64,000 nt of DNA from Azolla caroliniana. Lineage: Eukaryota > Plantae > Polypodiophyta. The notes beneath the pieces are model-generated. The model had not been told where the DNA came from, searched no databases, and was given only the letters and a program-made list of their open reading frames with translations. Position numbers and translations under genes: made by a program. The stretch covers positions 10,974,001 through 11,038,000 of the forward strand of contig JBHGNT010000010.1 in assembly GCA_043228905.1 (NCBI GenBank), written 5' to 3'. Position 1 is the stretch's first letter. Each line of letters opens with the position of its first letter. This document shows, one piece after another, positions 11,901 through 25,793 of this stretch.

Positions 11901-14900
11901 GACATGTTGATAGTCGGCCAAGATGCAAGGAAGATTGGAAGCTTGAAGAAAGCTCTCGGCAAATCATTTTCCATGAAAGACCTTGGACCGGAAAAGCAAA
12001 TTCAAGGAATGCACATAACCCGAGACAGATCTTGGAAGGCACTATGGTTGTCACAATAGAAGTATGTGACGAAGATCCTAGAAAGATTCAACATGTCAGA
12101 CACAAAGCCGGTTGGCTTTGTGTTGCCAACAAACTGCAGATTAAATGTGAAGCAATGTCTGAAGGGACAGAAGGAAAAGGCTAAGATGAAGAAGGTACCA
12201 TATGCCTCGGTTGTTAGCTGTCTAATGTATGCTATGGTCTATACGAGACCGGACATAGCATTTGCTGTGGGAGCAATAAGCCGATATATGAGTAATCCAG
12301 GGAGAGAACATTGGGCAGCGGTGAAATGGATACTAAGGTACTTAAAGGGCACCTCGGGGGTGTGCCTAAGGTATGGTGTCGGAAAACCTGTGCTGGAAGG
12401 TTTTACCGATTCGGACATGTTAGGAGATGTCGACTCGAGCCGATCCACATCAGGGTACATGATGACCTATGTAGGGGGAGTAGTGTCGTGGCAGTCACGA
12501 CTACAAAAGTCTGTAGCTTTGTCGACTACAGAGGCAGAGTACATGGCAGCGGTAGAGGCCGGAAAAGACTTGGTCTGGATGAGAAATTTTCTCACCGAAT
12601 TAGGCATGAAGCTGTTGGGATTACGGTCCCTCCGGATGGGATGATCGGATGTCCGGAGATGAATGACGGCAAGCCCGGTTGCGGTTACGGAACCGGATGA
12701 TGAAGAGTACCCGGCATGAAGCCGGATGAAGAGTACCCGGATACGGATCCGGATGATGAAGACCCCGGTTACGGAGCCGGATGACGAATGTACCCGGAGA
12801 GAGATCCGGATGCGGGGACATATTTGTGAATATGTTTGCCAAGGGCCCTTGAGGCTATATTTGTAAATAGCCTGAAAGTCATATGTGTATAAATATGACT
12901 TAGGGCAAACAGTTTGATGTTGCTACTCATTTTTCTGTTTTTCCACTCAAGAGGAGTGAAGAGAGAGCAGCCGTGAGAGAGATAGAGCGTGAGAGAGGAA
13001 GAGGTTGACGCCTCTGTGTATTTCCGCCGCCTGTGGCGAGGACAACAAGCTCAAGGTCGTCGCCTTGCAGCTCGCCATTGTATATTTCTCTGTGCATAGT
13101 TTTGGTTCGGAGTCTTGTACTCCCGTGGTTTTTCCCGTACAGGGTTTTCCACGTTAAATCTTGTGTCCACTCTATTTTTCGCATTTCCCATTTTCTGCAA
13201 CAACGATTCGTGTGTTTCCTTGGTTGTGGCCGAGAGGTGAAGTTTGGAAAGTGATGATTATTTCCATCAATTTGGTATCAGAGCGAGCTGCTGCAGAAAA
13301 TGGAAGGCGGCGGCAGCGGGCAGCCGGGGATGATGGTGCTGAATGCGCAGAATTACGCCGACTGGAAGATCAAGATGGAGGATCTTCTGATTGTTCGGGA
13401 CCTGTACGAACCGATTGACAGGTCGGAAATACCGAAGGGGGTACTCGAGTCGGAATGGAGGCTTCTGAACCGGAAAGCCGTTGCAACCATTCGGCAATAC
13501 GTCGATGTGAGCGTTCTACAACATGTGGCGAACGACATCAACGCATATGAGATGTGGCGGAAGCTGTCGGGCCTCTACGAGAGGAAGAATGCGTTGAACC
13601 GGACCTCCCTGATGAGGAAGATAGTGAACCTCAAGTACCGGGACGGCGAGAGCATGGTGGAACATGTAAGCACGTTCATGGGATTCGTGAACCAGCTTGC
13701 GGCGATCAAGTTCCCGCTGGAGGATGCAATGCAAGCCATCATTATGATGTGTACATTGCCGGAAAGCTGGGAGAACTTGGTGGTGACTCTCAGCACCTCC
13801 TGCACCGAAGATAACTTGTCTCTACAAACGGTAAAGACAAGCATTCTAAATGAAGAAGCGTGTCGGAGAGATAAAGAACCGGTCTCCGACTCGAAGGCGC
13901 TGCTTACCGAATCGGATCGGGGAAGACAATGGAACCGGAGTCCGCAAAGACGGGAGAAGTCGGGGACCCGGTCGCAGTCAAGAGGAAGGCCCACATGCTT
14001 CCACTGTGGAAAGCCGGGGCACTTCCGGAAGAATTGTCGGCATTACCGAAAGGACAACGGAGCCGACGACACCGATTCGAAGAAGTCACCGGAGAGAAAC
14101 GGTGCATACCGGGGAGCCACGGACCGGAGAGGTCCGGATCGGCGAGGGCAGGACCGGAAAGGAACGACGGCACTCGCGGCAAGTGAAGAAGAGATAATGC
14201 TCATTACCGAAGAGAGGGAGCTGAACCTTGCCGGTGTAGAGATGACCTGGGTGGTCGATTCCGGAGCGTCGTTCCACCTGACCCCGGAGAAGAAATACTT
14301 CTCATCCTACACAGCCGGCGAGCACGGCTGTGTCCGGATGGGAAATGAAGGCACGTGCCGGATTGCCGGCATAGGAGACGTGTGGCTGATGACATCAACC
14401 GGATGCAAGATGCTGCTGAAGGATGTTCGACACGTTCCGGAGGTCCGATTGAACCTGATCTCGGCCGGGAGGCTAGATGATGAAGGCTACACGGGTAGCA
14501 TCCGGAACGGTGTCATGAAGTTCAGCAAAGGGAGCCTGATAGTGGCTCGGGCCCGGAAGATCAACACACTGTACCTGATGAATTCCCGGCTATGTCCGGA
14601 GGAGCTAAACGTGGCAGCTGACACTGCCGGTGAGCTATGGCACAAGAGACTGTGCCACATGAGCCTGAAGGGGATGAAGAGGCTTGCCGAAGACAACCTG
14701 ATACCGGTAAAGCATGTACACTTGGGGAAGTGTATCGACTGTCTGGCCGGTAAGCAAAACCGGACCTCCTTCCACTCGAGGCCACCGACGAGACGTAGCG
14801 CACCATTGGAGTTGGTGCACACTGACGTGTGTCAAGTAGAAACGAAGTCACATGGCGGAGCCCAGTACTTCGTGACATTCATTGATGACCACAGCCGGAA

Positions 14901-15661
14901 GCTGTGGACGGCACCGTTGAAGACAAAGGACCAAGTGTTGTGCGTCTTCAAAGAACTTCACGCGAGAGTGGAAAGGGAATCCGGCAAGAAGCTGAAAGCG
15001 ATACGAGCGGATAACGGAGGGGAATACCGGGGGCAGTTCCAGGAGTACTGTCGCTCGAAGGGAATCCGGCTCGAGTTTACTGTGCCGAAGACGCCGGAAC
15101 TGAACGGGCTGGCCGAGAGGATGAACCGGACCATAATGGAGAGGGTCCGGAGTATGCTGGCGCATGCGAAATTACCCAAGGGATTTTGGGCTGAGGCAAT
15201 GTCGACGGCGACATATGTGATAAATAGATCACCCTCAGTACCCCTGGATGGAGACACGCCACAGAGAGTGTGGACCGGTAAGGAAGTGTCCTACCGGCAT
15301 CTGAAGGTGTTCGAGTGTCTCGCATACGTGCATGTGGCAAAGGACCGGAGAGGAAAGTTAGATCCAAAGACCCGGCCATGCATATTCCTCGGTTACGGCG
15401 ACGACGAGTTCGGCTACCGAGTATGGGACCCGGTCGACAAGAAGATATTCAGGAGTCGAGATATCATCTTCATGGAGGACAAGACACTCGCCGACTGGGA
15501 GTCGGAGAAGAAGATGAAGAGCTCCAAGTCGACCGGTGAGGATCAACTCTACGAAGAGCAGTCCCGACCGGCAAGGGACCGGTTAGCACTCGAGGATCCG
15601 GCGGAAGACGGTGAAGAAACAGAACCGGCCGAGGAAGATGAAACTGATACCGGAACCGGCC

Positions 15662-15831
15662 TGTCGAATACATGTGTATAATGGACGTATTCACACTATC
15701 CTGTTCTGGCCATTTATGTAATTAGCATAAAGGGTAGTTGCCCTAAGTCGGTCACTATATATAGTGACCTTGTAACCTTGTTGTAAGGTTGGTTGTTGTA
15801 TTATTGTTTTGTGAAATAAAGACTCTCTTTT

Positions 15832-15869
<38 letters not shown>

Positions 15870-18800
15870 AACGACCTACAAACTGTCATACGCAGGTATT
15901 CAGCAAGAAACGAATGCTTCTTGATCTTCCGCACAGACGACATTGTCACCAACATCTGGTATCAGAGCATTCACAGTAGTCGGTCCTTCAATCCGCTGTC
16001 GGCCGTCGTCTCAGCATTCGGTTTCCTGCGTCATTCGAAGAAGAGAGAAGAAGAAGAAAAACGAGGATTGCACCTCATCGCGTTAGATCATCTTTGCTTG
16101 GAGTAAGCCATCAGGTTGTACTCTGTTCCTTGTGATCGTAACCGCTCGAGGTGAAATCCCCTTGTGCATCATTGACACGATCGTGCTCCATTCGGTTAAA
16201 CGACATCCGAAAAGGTCTTTAAACGCTGCTCGCTGCTCGTTGTAACCACTCGGTGCAGATCGGTCTCAAGACAACAACCCCAATTCGTGCTTCATCCGGC
16301 TGATCGACATTCGAGAGGATCAGTTGGATCCATCCCTCTCGTCGCTGCAGTCACCCGAAGCCGAATCGGTCCAGATAATCGGTTTCAATAATCGGTTTCA
16401 ATAATCGGTATTCGGTATATATATCCGAAGCGAACCGGGCTCACTCCGACTCGGCAACATTCGGGAAGACCAGTCGGTTCTGTCCCTCAAGTTACCGGAG
16501 TCAATTCGAGCAAGTTCAACAATACATATATCCGAAGCCGAACCGACTCGGGTTCAAATCCGACTAGAACGATATCGGGTGAGCCAACTGGCTGCACTCC
16601 AACAAGGTTCATAGTCAACTCCGAACCGAGCTTCGTCCACAGAAACCAAATTTGATGGCATCAACATCCGGCTCGTCAGAAATGAGTCTACGAAAGTTCG
16701 ATGGATCGAACTTCAACTTCTGGAAGGAACAAATGCAGGACTATCTCATAGTCAAGGGGCAAATCGATCCCATCGAAAATGAAGAACCTCCAGAAGGATA
16801 CAAACCAATTGAGTGGCAGAAGCTGGACAGAATCGTCCGCGCCACGATTCGGATGCACCTATCGGAATCGGTATACTTTACGGTGCAATCGTGTACGACA
16901 GCATTCGAACTGTGGAAAACACTGTCGGACACTTACGAAAAAAAGGTCGCCGCAACGAAGATGTTTCTGATCCGGCGCCTCTACAACTTGCGGATGAAAG
17001 AATCCGATTCGGTTCAAGCACACCTCAATGAGTACGAAAGCATAAGCTCCCAAATCTCGTCACAGGGGACGGCAATTGAGGATGAACTCAGAGCAATGAT
17101 ACTCATGAGCAGCCTTCCCTCATCATGGGAAACTTTCGTCACAACCGTGTGCAACGCGTCAACCACGGCTGTTAAATACTCCGAAGTCACGAGCGCAATC
17201 CTGACCGAAGCAGCTCGGAGAAAGTCTTTCGCCAAAGACTCAACAGACGACGCTTATGTAGTACAAGGTTCGACAGACCGATCGAACATACGAGGAAGAG
17301 ATTCCTCACGGCCGCCGAACAATCAGCGAAGACGGAGCCAGTCACGGGATAACCGAATCTGCAACTATTGCAAGAAACCCGGACACATCAAAGCCGACTG
17401 CCGCGCACTCAAGAACAAGAACAACAAGAAGAGTGGCCGGCATGAGGAGATCAACTACGTCAGCTTCTCAGCTGATGTACTACCGGACGACCCGAATATA
17501 CTATCAATCGAAAATCCAGTCGGATCAGAAGTTCTACTCACGACTGAAGAATCGAGCACATGGCTCTTAGATTCGGGCGCGTCATTTCACGTGACTCCTC
17601 ATCGATCCCAATTTCGGCAATACACGATCCGTCACTCCGACTCAGTTCGAGTCGGCAACTCACAACACTGTGACATCATCGGAATCGGCACAGTAGAGCT
17701 CAACCTTGCAGGTGGCTCTACACTCGTACTCCACAATGTCCGACATGTACCCGAGCTCTCAAGGCCACTGATCTCAGTCGGACAACTAGATGAAGACGGC
17801 ATTCGTGCCGGTTTTTCTTCGGGAGGGTGGACACTCCACAGGGGGAACCTCCTGCTTGCTAGAGGACCCAAGATACACTCCCTATATCCGTTACATGTTA
17901 CGCTCAGAGAGGGTAACCTGTTTTTGGTGGATATTCCTGTGTCATCACTATGGCACAGAAGATTAGGACACCTCAGCAAGGCCGGCATCACGCACCTATC
18001 TAGAGCCGGATACATCCCCAAACTCTCCTTCTCGGACCATCAATTCTGCGAGCATTGCCAGTATGGCAAACAAGTAGCCGCATCACACCCGACATCAGCA
18101 CCAAGAGAAACGAGACCTCTTGATTTGGTCCATTCGGACGTCTGTGGCCCAATGCCGCATCAGTCTCTAGGCGGTGCCTCTTACTTCGTCACTTTTATTG
18201 ACGATTCGACTCGAAAGGTGTGGGCTTATCCAATTCGCACCAAAGATCGGGTCTTCTCGATCTTCTTCGATTGGCTCACTATGGTGGAAAATCAAACCGA
18301 CCGAAAGCTGAAATGCTTTCGGACAGACAATGGGGGAGAGTTTAAATCCGAAGAATTCGTCAAATTCTGCCGACAACGCGGCATCCGACGTGAATTTACG
18401 GCACCACACAGTCCGGAGCAAAACGGGATTGCCGAACGCATGAATCGGACAATCCAAGAACGGACAGTTTCCATGCTCCAACACTCCGGACTGTCGGATG
18501 GCTTCTGGGCAGAGGCTCTACTCACGACAGTACACATAATCAATATGTCGCCAAGTAGACCTCTAGGACTTCAAATTTCTCAGGAACTATGGATCGGCAG
18601 TAAGCCGAATTACGACAAGCTGAGGATCTTCGGATGCGAGGCGTACGCCCTTATTCCGAAAGATGATCGCCGAAAACTTGCACCTCGGTCCAGGAAATGC
18701 ATTTTCCTTGGATATGGATCCGACGGCGAAATGGGATACCGACTCTGGGACCCCGAACGCAGACAAATCGTTCGAAGTTCGGACGTTGTGTTCAACGAGT

Positions 18801-21141
18801 CGGCTATGAATCCATCAGTCGAAAAACCGATCGAAGTCCGAAGGGTAACATTTTCCGATGTGCCGACCCTTCAAGAAGGCCCCGCTCTTAACACACGGTC
18901 AGCTTCACGGGTAGCTGAACCTCACACTACCGACTCGGACAACTCCGACTCGGCACAGCAAAATAATTCGCTTTCGGACCATCCGACCTCGATACCCGAT
19001 GCGACCAGTCCAATCATACCTCGACGATCCGAGAGACTGTCGCAACCTCCGGAGAGGTATTCTCCTGGAATTTTCTTCACCGACGCCGGCGAACCGACGT
19101 CTTACGAAGAAGCATCGACATCTGTCGATTCCGCCACCTGGCATCTGGCGATGGAGTCGGAAATGCACTCCATTCGGGCAAACAAGACTTGGGATCTGGT
19201 AGAATTACCTAGGAACCGACGTGCTCTTCCTTGCAAGTGGGTTTATCGGCTAAAAGAGACGTCTGATTCGACCACCCCAAAGTACAAGGCCAGATTAGTT
19301 GCGAAGGGCTTCCGACAAGAATATGGCGTCGACTTCGACGAGATTTTTTCACCAGTGGTGAAAATGACAACCCTTCGTTTTCTGCTCGGCGTCGTGGCAG
19401 CCGACAACTTGGAGCTGATTCAGCTAGATGTCAAAACAGCCTTCCTCCATGGTGATCTCGAGGAGGAAATTTATATGGAGCAGCCCAAAGGCTTCGTGGC
19501 AACTGGCCAAGAACATCTAGTCTGCCGACTCAGGAAGAGTCTATACGGCCTCAAACAGGCACCACGACAATGGTACAAGAAGTTCGACGAATCGGCTTCT
19601 CAAAAAGCGATGAGGACCATTGTCTCTTCACCAACACAGCTAAAGATGGATCACCCATCTTCCTCATCATTTACGTGGACGACATGCTAATTTCTGGACG
19701 CCACGCGGGCGAACTTGCCGATCTCATTCGGCAACTGCGGTTGAAGTTTGCCATGAAGGACCTCGGTCCGGCACGACACATACTCGGCATGAAGATTAGT
19801 CGGCATCGCGATAAACGACATCTTTTTCTGTCTCAGACCGACTATATCCGACGTGTCTTAGAACGCTTCAACATGCAATCAGCCAAATCTGCTTCAACCC
19901 CGCTCCCTATGAATCTTCGGCTCTCTCAGCGAGACTGCCCGACATCCGGTCCGGAGGGGGAAAATATGAAGTCGGTACCGTATGCACCGGCAGTCGGCTC
20001 CCTTATGTACCTGATGGTCGCGACACGGCCTGATATTTCTCACGCCATAGGAGTCGTTAGCAGATTTATGCACAATCCTGGCCGATCGCATTGGAACGCA
20101 GTCAAGCATGTGTTCAGATATCTGGCTGGCACAAAAGACCACGGCATTCTTTTCGGTCCGAACCGAACCTCAGGCGTAGTCGGTTACACCGACTCGGACT
20201 TCGCCGGCTGTATAGACAGTTGGAAATCAACAACCGGATACTGTTTCAAATTCGGCAATGGAGCAATCTCGTGGAAGTCGAAACTTCAGGAGTGCACAAC
20301 GACCTCAACGACCGAAGCAGAATATGTAGCTGCGTCCGACGCAGCAAAAGAAGCTTTGTGGCTCGGTCGGCTGGCGCACACGTTTCGACAGGTCGACCAT
20401 GACTCGGCTCCAGTTGTCTACAGCGACAGTCAAGGTGCTGTTGCCTTGTCGAAAAATCCGGTTCACCACAACGCCTCCAAACATATCGACGTTCGATATC
20501 ACTTCGTTCGGGACTGCGTCATTTCAGGGAAAATCGGTCTAGAGAAAATATCCACAACCGACAATGTCGCAGATGGAATGACCAAGTGTCTTTCGGCAGA
20601 CCGTTTTCGGTCTCTTCGGCATCAGATGGGCGTAACGACAAACCAGTCCGGTTAGAGCCGGACACAGAGCAGGATGGTTCCCGACAACCGACATCAGTTC
20701 CTTAGTGATCGGCTTCAACTGTTCCGACCCGACCAGTTCGGTCTTCTGCCTTCGGACCCTGCCGACTCGAACAAAGCTGATATGTCCGAGAACCTAAGTC
20801 TATACCTGTAATCTTAGATAACCCATGTATACGCCCATTACGGGGGAGTGTCGAATACATGTGTATAATGGACGTATTCACACTATCCTGTTCTGGCCAT
20901 TTATGTAATTAGCATAAAGGGTAGTTGCCCTAAGTCGGTCACTATATATAGTGACCTTGTAACCTTGTTGTAAGGTTGGTTGTTGTATTATTGTTTTGTG
21001 AAATAAAGACTCTCTTTTGTGTGTGTGTGTGTGTCTCTCTCTCTCTCTCTCTGTGCAACGACCTACAAACTGTCATACGCAGGTATTCAGCAAGAAACGA
21101 ATGCTTCTTGATCTTCCGCACAGACGACATTGTCACCAACA
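15662..21141 (+). mobile_element. Copia element E, full-length and young (LTRs 15662-15954 and 20849-21141)
   Basis: 293-bp LTRs identical by eye except in a microsatellite. TSD CGGCC, PBS TGGTATCAGAGC at 15957, PPT GGGGGAG. Confidence 0.97.
16655..20655 (+). pseudogene. Gag-pol polyprotein of E with one frameshifting deletion in RT (~19590)
   Basis: ORF 16652-19690 (gag, CCHC, DSGAS, IN, RT to WYKKFD) continues in another frame 19570-20655 (YVDDML, RNase H). Confidence 0.92.
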
Positions 21142-24100
21142 CGGCCCCGATCCCGAAATGGATTCGGATGAAGAGGAAACGGAGGAGCCGGTTACCGAAG
21201 CTCCGGAACGGAGATATCCTCTAAGAGAGAGAAGGGCCCCCCGGAGATTTCCGGAACTAGAGCACGTGCTGCTAACCGACGAGGGGGAGCCGGAGAGCTT
21301 TGAAGAAGCAAAACTTGACACCCATAGCCGCAGGTGGTTAAGTGCCATGCAGGAGGAGATGGATTCCCTGCATGAGAACCACACATATGAACTTGTGGAT
21401 TTGCCGAAAGGAAAGCGGGCACTTCGAAACAAGTGGGTGTTCAAGCTGAAACCGGGAGATGCCGGAAACCCCCCGAGATACAAAGCCAGGATCGTGGTGA
21501 AGGGGTTCCAGCAGAAGAAGGGCGTCGACTTCGACGAGATATTTGCCCCGGTAGTGAAGATGACCTCCATCCGGACGGTGCTGAGCATTGCGGCAAGCAT
21601 GGATCTCGAGGTAGAACAGATGGACGTGAAGACGACATTCCTTCACGGTGACCTCGAAGAAGAGATCTACATGCAGCAACCAGAAGGATTCGAGAAGAAA
21701 GGGAAGGAGCACCTGGTATGCCTGTTGAAGAAGAGCCTTTATGGACTGAAGCAGGCTCCCCGGCAATGGTACCGGAAGTTTGACTCTTTCATGACCGACG
21801 AAGGGTACCACAAAACGCAGTCCGATCACTGCGTGTTTGTGAAGAAGTTCGAAGGAGGAGACTTTCTAATACTCCTCCTGTACGTGGACGACATGTTGAT
21901 CGTCGGACGGGACCAGGTCAAGATACGGATGCTGAAGAAAGCACTCCACCGAACCTTCTCAATGAAGGACCTTGGTCCGGCGAGGCAAATACTAGGGATG
22001 CACATCATCCGGGACCGGAAGAAGAAGCAGTTGTGGCTGTCACAGGAGAAGTACGTGACAAAGGTGCTTCACCGGTTCAACATGTCGGAAGCAAGACCGG
22101 TCGGGTCAACACTCCCGGCAAACTGCAAGCTGTCCAGCAAGCAAAGCCCCAAGACAAAGGCTGAGAAGGAGGACATGATAAAAGTACCATATGCCTCTGC
22201 CGTCGGGAGCTTGATGTACGCAATGGTGTGTACAAGACCGGACATAGGATATGCAGTCGGAGTGGTGAGCCGGTACATGAGCAATCCCGGCAAAGAGCAT
22301 TGGAATGCAGCCAAGTGGATACTCCGATACCTGAAGGGCACGGCAAACGTGTGCCTCCGATTCGGCTCCGGTAAGCCCGAGCTCGACGGCTTCACCGATT
22401 CGGATATGTCGGCTGATGCAGATACCAGCCGGTCCACATCAGGGTATGTGATGACGTATGCAGGGGGTGCTGTTTCATGGCAGTCGAGGCTGCAGAAGAC
22501 GGTTGCGTTGTCAACCACGGAGGCGGAGTACATGGCGGCTGTTGAAGCCGGCAAGGAAATAATATGGATGAAGGACTTCATTAGAGAGCTCGGTATCCGG
22601 CAGGAGGAGTACCAACTCTACTGCGACAGTCAGAGTGCCATCCACCTTGCGAAGAATGCGGCCTATCACTCCCGGACGAAACACATCCAACGTAGATACC
22701 ACTGGATCCGGGAAAGGATAGAAGACAAGGAGTTCGTGCTGACGAAGATCCACACGGACGAGAACGGGTCGGATATGCTGACCAAGGTGCTCACACCCGA
22801 CAAGCTGGAAGCATGCCGGAAGAGGATCGGATTGGAGAGACATCCCATGCCGAAGTGAAGGGGGAGTTTGTTGGGATTACGGTCCCTCCGGATGGGATGA
22901 TCGGATGTCCGGAGATGAATGACGGCAAGCCCGGTTGCGGTTACGGAACCGGATGATGAAGAGTACCCGGCATGAAGCCGGATGAAGAGTACCCGGATAC
23001 GGATCCGGATGATGAAGACCCCGGTTACGGAGCCGGATGACGAATGTACCCGGAGAGAGATCTGGATGCGGGGACATATTTGTGAATATGTTTGCCAAGG
23101 GCCCTTGAGGCTATATTTGTAAATAGCCTGAAAGTCATATGTGTATAAATATGACTTAGGGCAAACAGTTTGATGTTGCTACTCATTTTTCTGTTTTTCC
23201 ACTCAAGAGGAGTGAAGAGAGAGCAGCCGTGAGAGAGATGGAGCGTGAGAGAGGAAGAGGTTGACGCCTCTGTGTATTTCCGCCGCCTGTGGCGAGGACA
23301 GCGAGCTCAAGGTCGTCGCCTTGCAACTCGCCATTGTATATTTCTCTGTGCATAGTTTTGGTTCGGAGTCTTGTACTCCCGTGGTTTTTCCCGTACAGGG
23401 TTTTCCACGTTAAATCGTGTGTCCACTCTATTTTTCGCATTTCCCATTTTCTGCAACAACGATTCGTGTGTTTCCTTGGTTGTGGCCGAGAGGTGAAGTT
23501 TGGAAAGTGACGATTATTTCCATCAGAAGCAAAAGGAGTTCTTGCTTCACCGTGATAGCCAAAGCGCCATACACCTAGCCAAGAACGTGGCATACCACTC
23601 TCGGACCAAGCACATATAGAGGAGGTATCGTTGGTTGCGGGAGAGAGTCGAAGAAGGAGAGTTTTCTCTTGAAAAGATCCATACTGATGACAATGGATCC
23701 GACATGTTGACGAAGAACCTACCTATGGACAGACTCAGAGTCTGTCGACAAAATACAGGACTAACAAATTTCCTCCCACAGGAGTGAAGGGGGAGTTTAT
23801 TGGGTATATGTCCCTCCAGTGGGAGGATGATCCGAATGTTCGGAAAGCCAACAGTGGAAGAGTCGGAAAACAGGAGCCGAGTTGATGAGGAACTCGGTCG
23901 AGGCCGAAACCGGAATCGTGTAAATAACCAACTTGGGAGACTATATTTGTAAATAGTCTTAGTGTGCACCCCATGAGGGCTACGTATGTAAATAACCAGA
24001 AAATTGCGTAAGTATATATTCAACTAGGGCAAACATGTTGTGTATGGATGAATAGTGTGCAAGAGAGTGTGGGAGAGAGAGAAGCGTTAGCCGCACCATA

Positions 24101-25793
24101 ACTGTGTTGTAATAGTAGATGCAAAGAGCCTTGCGTGGCTGTTACACTCGACAGAGTGTTGTAACCTTCTCGGTGGTGTATATCCACTATTTTGTATAGT
24201 GAAGCTCTGTCCCCGTGGTTTTCCCCGTTTTAGGGTTTCCGCGTAAATCTCTATGTACATTTGTCGTTTATCTTGTCTTTGTTATTTTTGGCATTTCTGT
24301 GTGACTCGTATTTCAGCGCATTATTTGTCTATTGTGATTTATTCCGCGTCGATTTCCCATCAAACAAGGAGCAACACCTCGGAAGGCCACATGCTTTACT
24401 CACACTCAGACGGAGGAAGAGGACGCGGGCGTGCAAGAAGAGGCCGATTCGGCCAAGGACGAGGCGGACGAGGCCCGACTTACGAAAACAACTCGCAATT
24501 TCGGCATCAACACGGAAGCCATCGAGGAACCTTCGGAAGAAGGGGGAGCTTCCATTCCGGTCCGAGCCGACAAAACTCAATCGAATATGGATATTGCGGA
24601 AAAATTGGTCACCACGAAGAGGAGTTGCATAAGAAGATAAGAGAATCGGCTTCCACTAGCTGACAACTTACCAATTATGCCACCAACTCCGATTATGACG
24701 ATCGTGGCGGAATGTTCGTGATGAGACATAGAGAAAATTCTATGTCGGCTTCTACTTCAACTAGTGCCTTCGGTTCGGAAGACGTATGGTTCGTCGACTC
24801 CGGTGCCTCGAACCATCTGACGTCTCATCAAGAATGGTTCTGAGAAGTTCGAGAGCCAGAACGACCCGACTATGTCGAAACCGGAGACGACACTACGCAT
24901 CCGATTCAACACATCGGCAATGTCCCATTCGGTGAAGAAGGTAACCAAACTTTTATTAAGAATGTCTTGCATGTACCAACCATTACGAAGAATTTGATCT
25001 TTGTTTGCCAAATTGTTGATCAAGGGATGCAAGTACGATTTAACCAAGGTGGTTGCTTCATCGAAAAAGAGGGCCGACTCATCGCTCGCGAACGAAGAGA
25101 GGGTCGAATGTTCATTCTCGACTCGGACGAGATGAAATCGGCCATGTTCACAAAGGGCACGAAAGCCGATTTCGACATAGATTTATGGCACAAGCGTATT
25201 GGCCATATCAAGCTCCAAAAGCTCAAGGCAATGCAATCGAAAGGAGTTGTCATCGGGCTCCCGACATTCAAGGAGAAAGAGATTGACGACGTGTATGCCG
25301 CTTGCCAATTCGGCAAGCAACATCGGCACCTATTTCCGAAGGAGCGGAATGTGAGCAAAGGCGTACTCGACGTAATTCATTCCGATGTATGGGGTCCGGC
25401 TCAAACGGCTACATTTGGCGTATGCCGATACTACGTGGCCTTCATCGACGATTTCTCCAGGCATACCTGGATCTACCCCATGCGGCAAAAGAGCAAAGTG
25501 TTCGGACACTTCCAAAGTTTTAAGAATGAAGTTGAGAAAGCCACGGGCTGACATGTATGATGTCTTCGGTCGGATGGAGGAAAAGAGTACTTCTCCAACG
25601 AATTTACAATGTATCTCCGAAAGGAAGGAATTCTCGTGCCGACACACACCTCAACAAAACAGTGTAATTGAACAAAAGAATCGGCACATCCTCGAAGTAG
25701 CATGAGCCATGATGAACGAAAAGCATCTACCGAAATCGTATTAGGCAGAAGCGGATAACACGGCCGTATACCTCATGAATTGGTGTACGACAT

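Larger units (their letters stand above)
13300..22858 (+). pseudogene. Gag-pol polyprotein of D (13300-15661 + 21147-22858), disrupted only by E
   Basis: CFHCGKPGHFRKNC knuckle, DSGAS protease, HTDVC/DNGGEY integrase, YVDDML RT, DSQSA RNase H. Colinear with element K. Confidence 0.93.
12613..23525 (+). mobile_element. Copia element D, full-length, interrupted by E (LTRs 12613-13269 and 22869-23525)
   Basis: 657-bp LTRs with about 7 differences by eye. TSD GAAGC, PBS TGGTATCAGAGC at 13273, PPT GAAGGGGGAG. Confidence 0.97.
10138..24362 (+). mobile_element. Copia element C, internally deleted (partial 5' LTR 10138-~10440 fused to integrase; RT/RH split by D; 3' LTR 23798-24362)
   Basis: LTR copies match. 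CAAAC flanks both sides, with the right copy overlapping the terminal CA. PPT GAAGGGGGAG. ORFs 10515-12612 encode IN, RT (QLDVKTTFLHG, YVNDML) and RH, with stops. Confidence 0.9.
8981..25793 (+). mobile_element. Copia element B (5' LTR 8981-9409, PBS 9410-9421; gag split by C; protease-integrase 24363-25793; 3' half missing)
   Basis: TGTAA...TTACA LTR plus TGGTATTAGAGC. Gag reads ENHVQT|RSNTSEG across the C insertion. WFVDSGASNH and HSDVWGP motifs present. Cut by F. Confidence 0.85.

Noticed and set aside
16549-16561. B-box-like GGGTTCAAATCC in the E leader
   Set aside because: No A-box at suitable spacing, and it sits in CCGA/TCGG-rich repeats. Probably chance.
13353-22848. Numerous antisense and alternate-frame ORFs over D and E (and K)
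   Set aside because: Shadows of GC-rich gag-pol coding sequence with no independent motifs.
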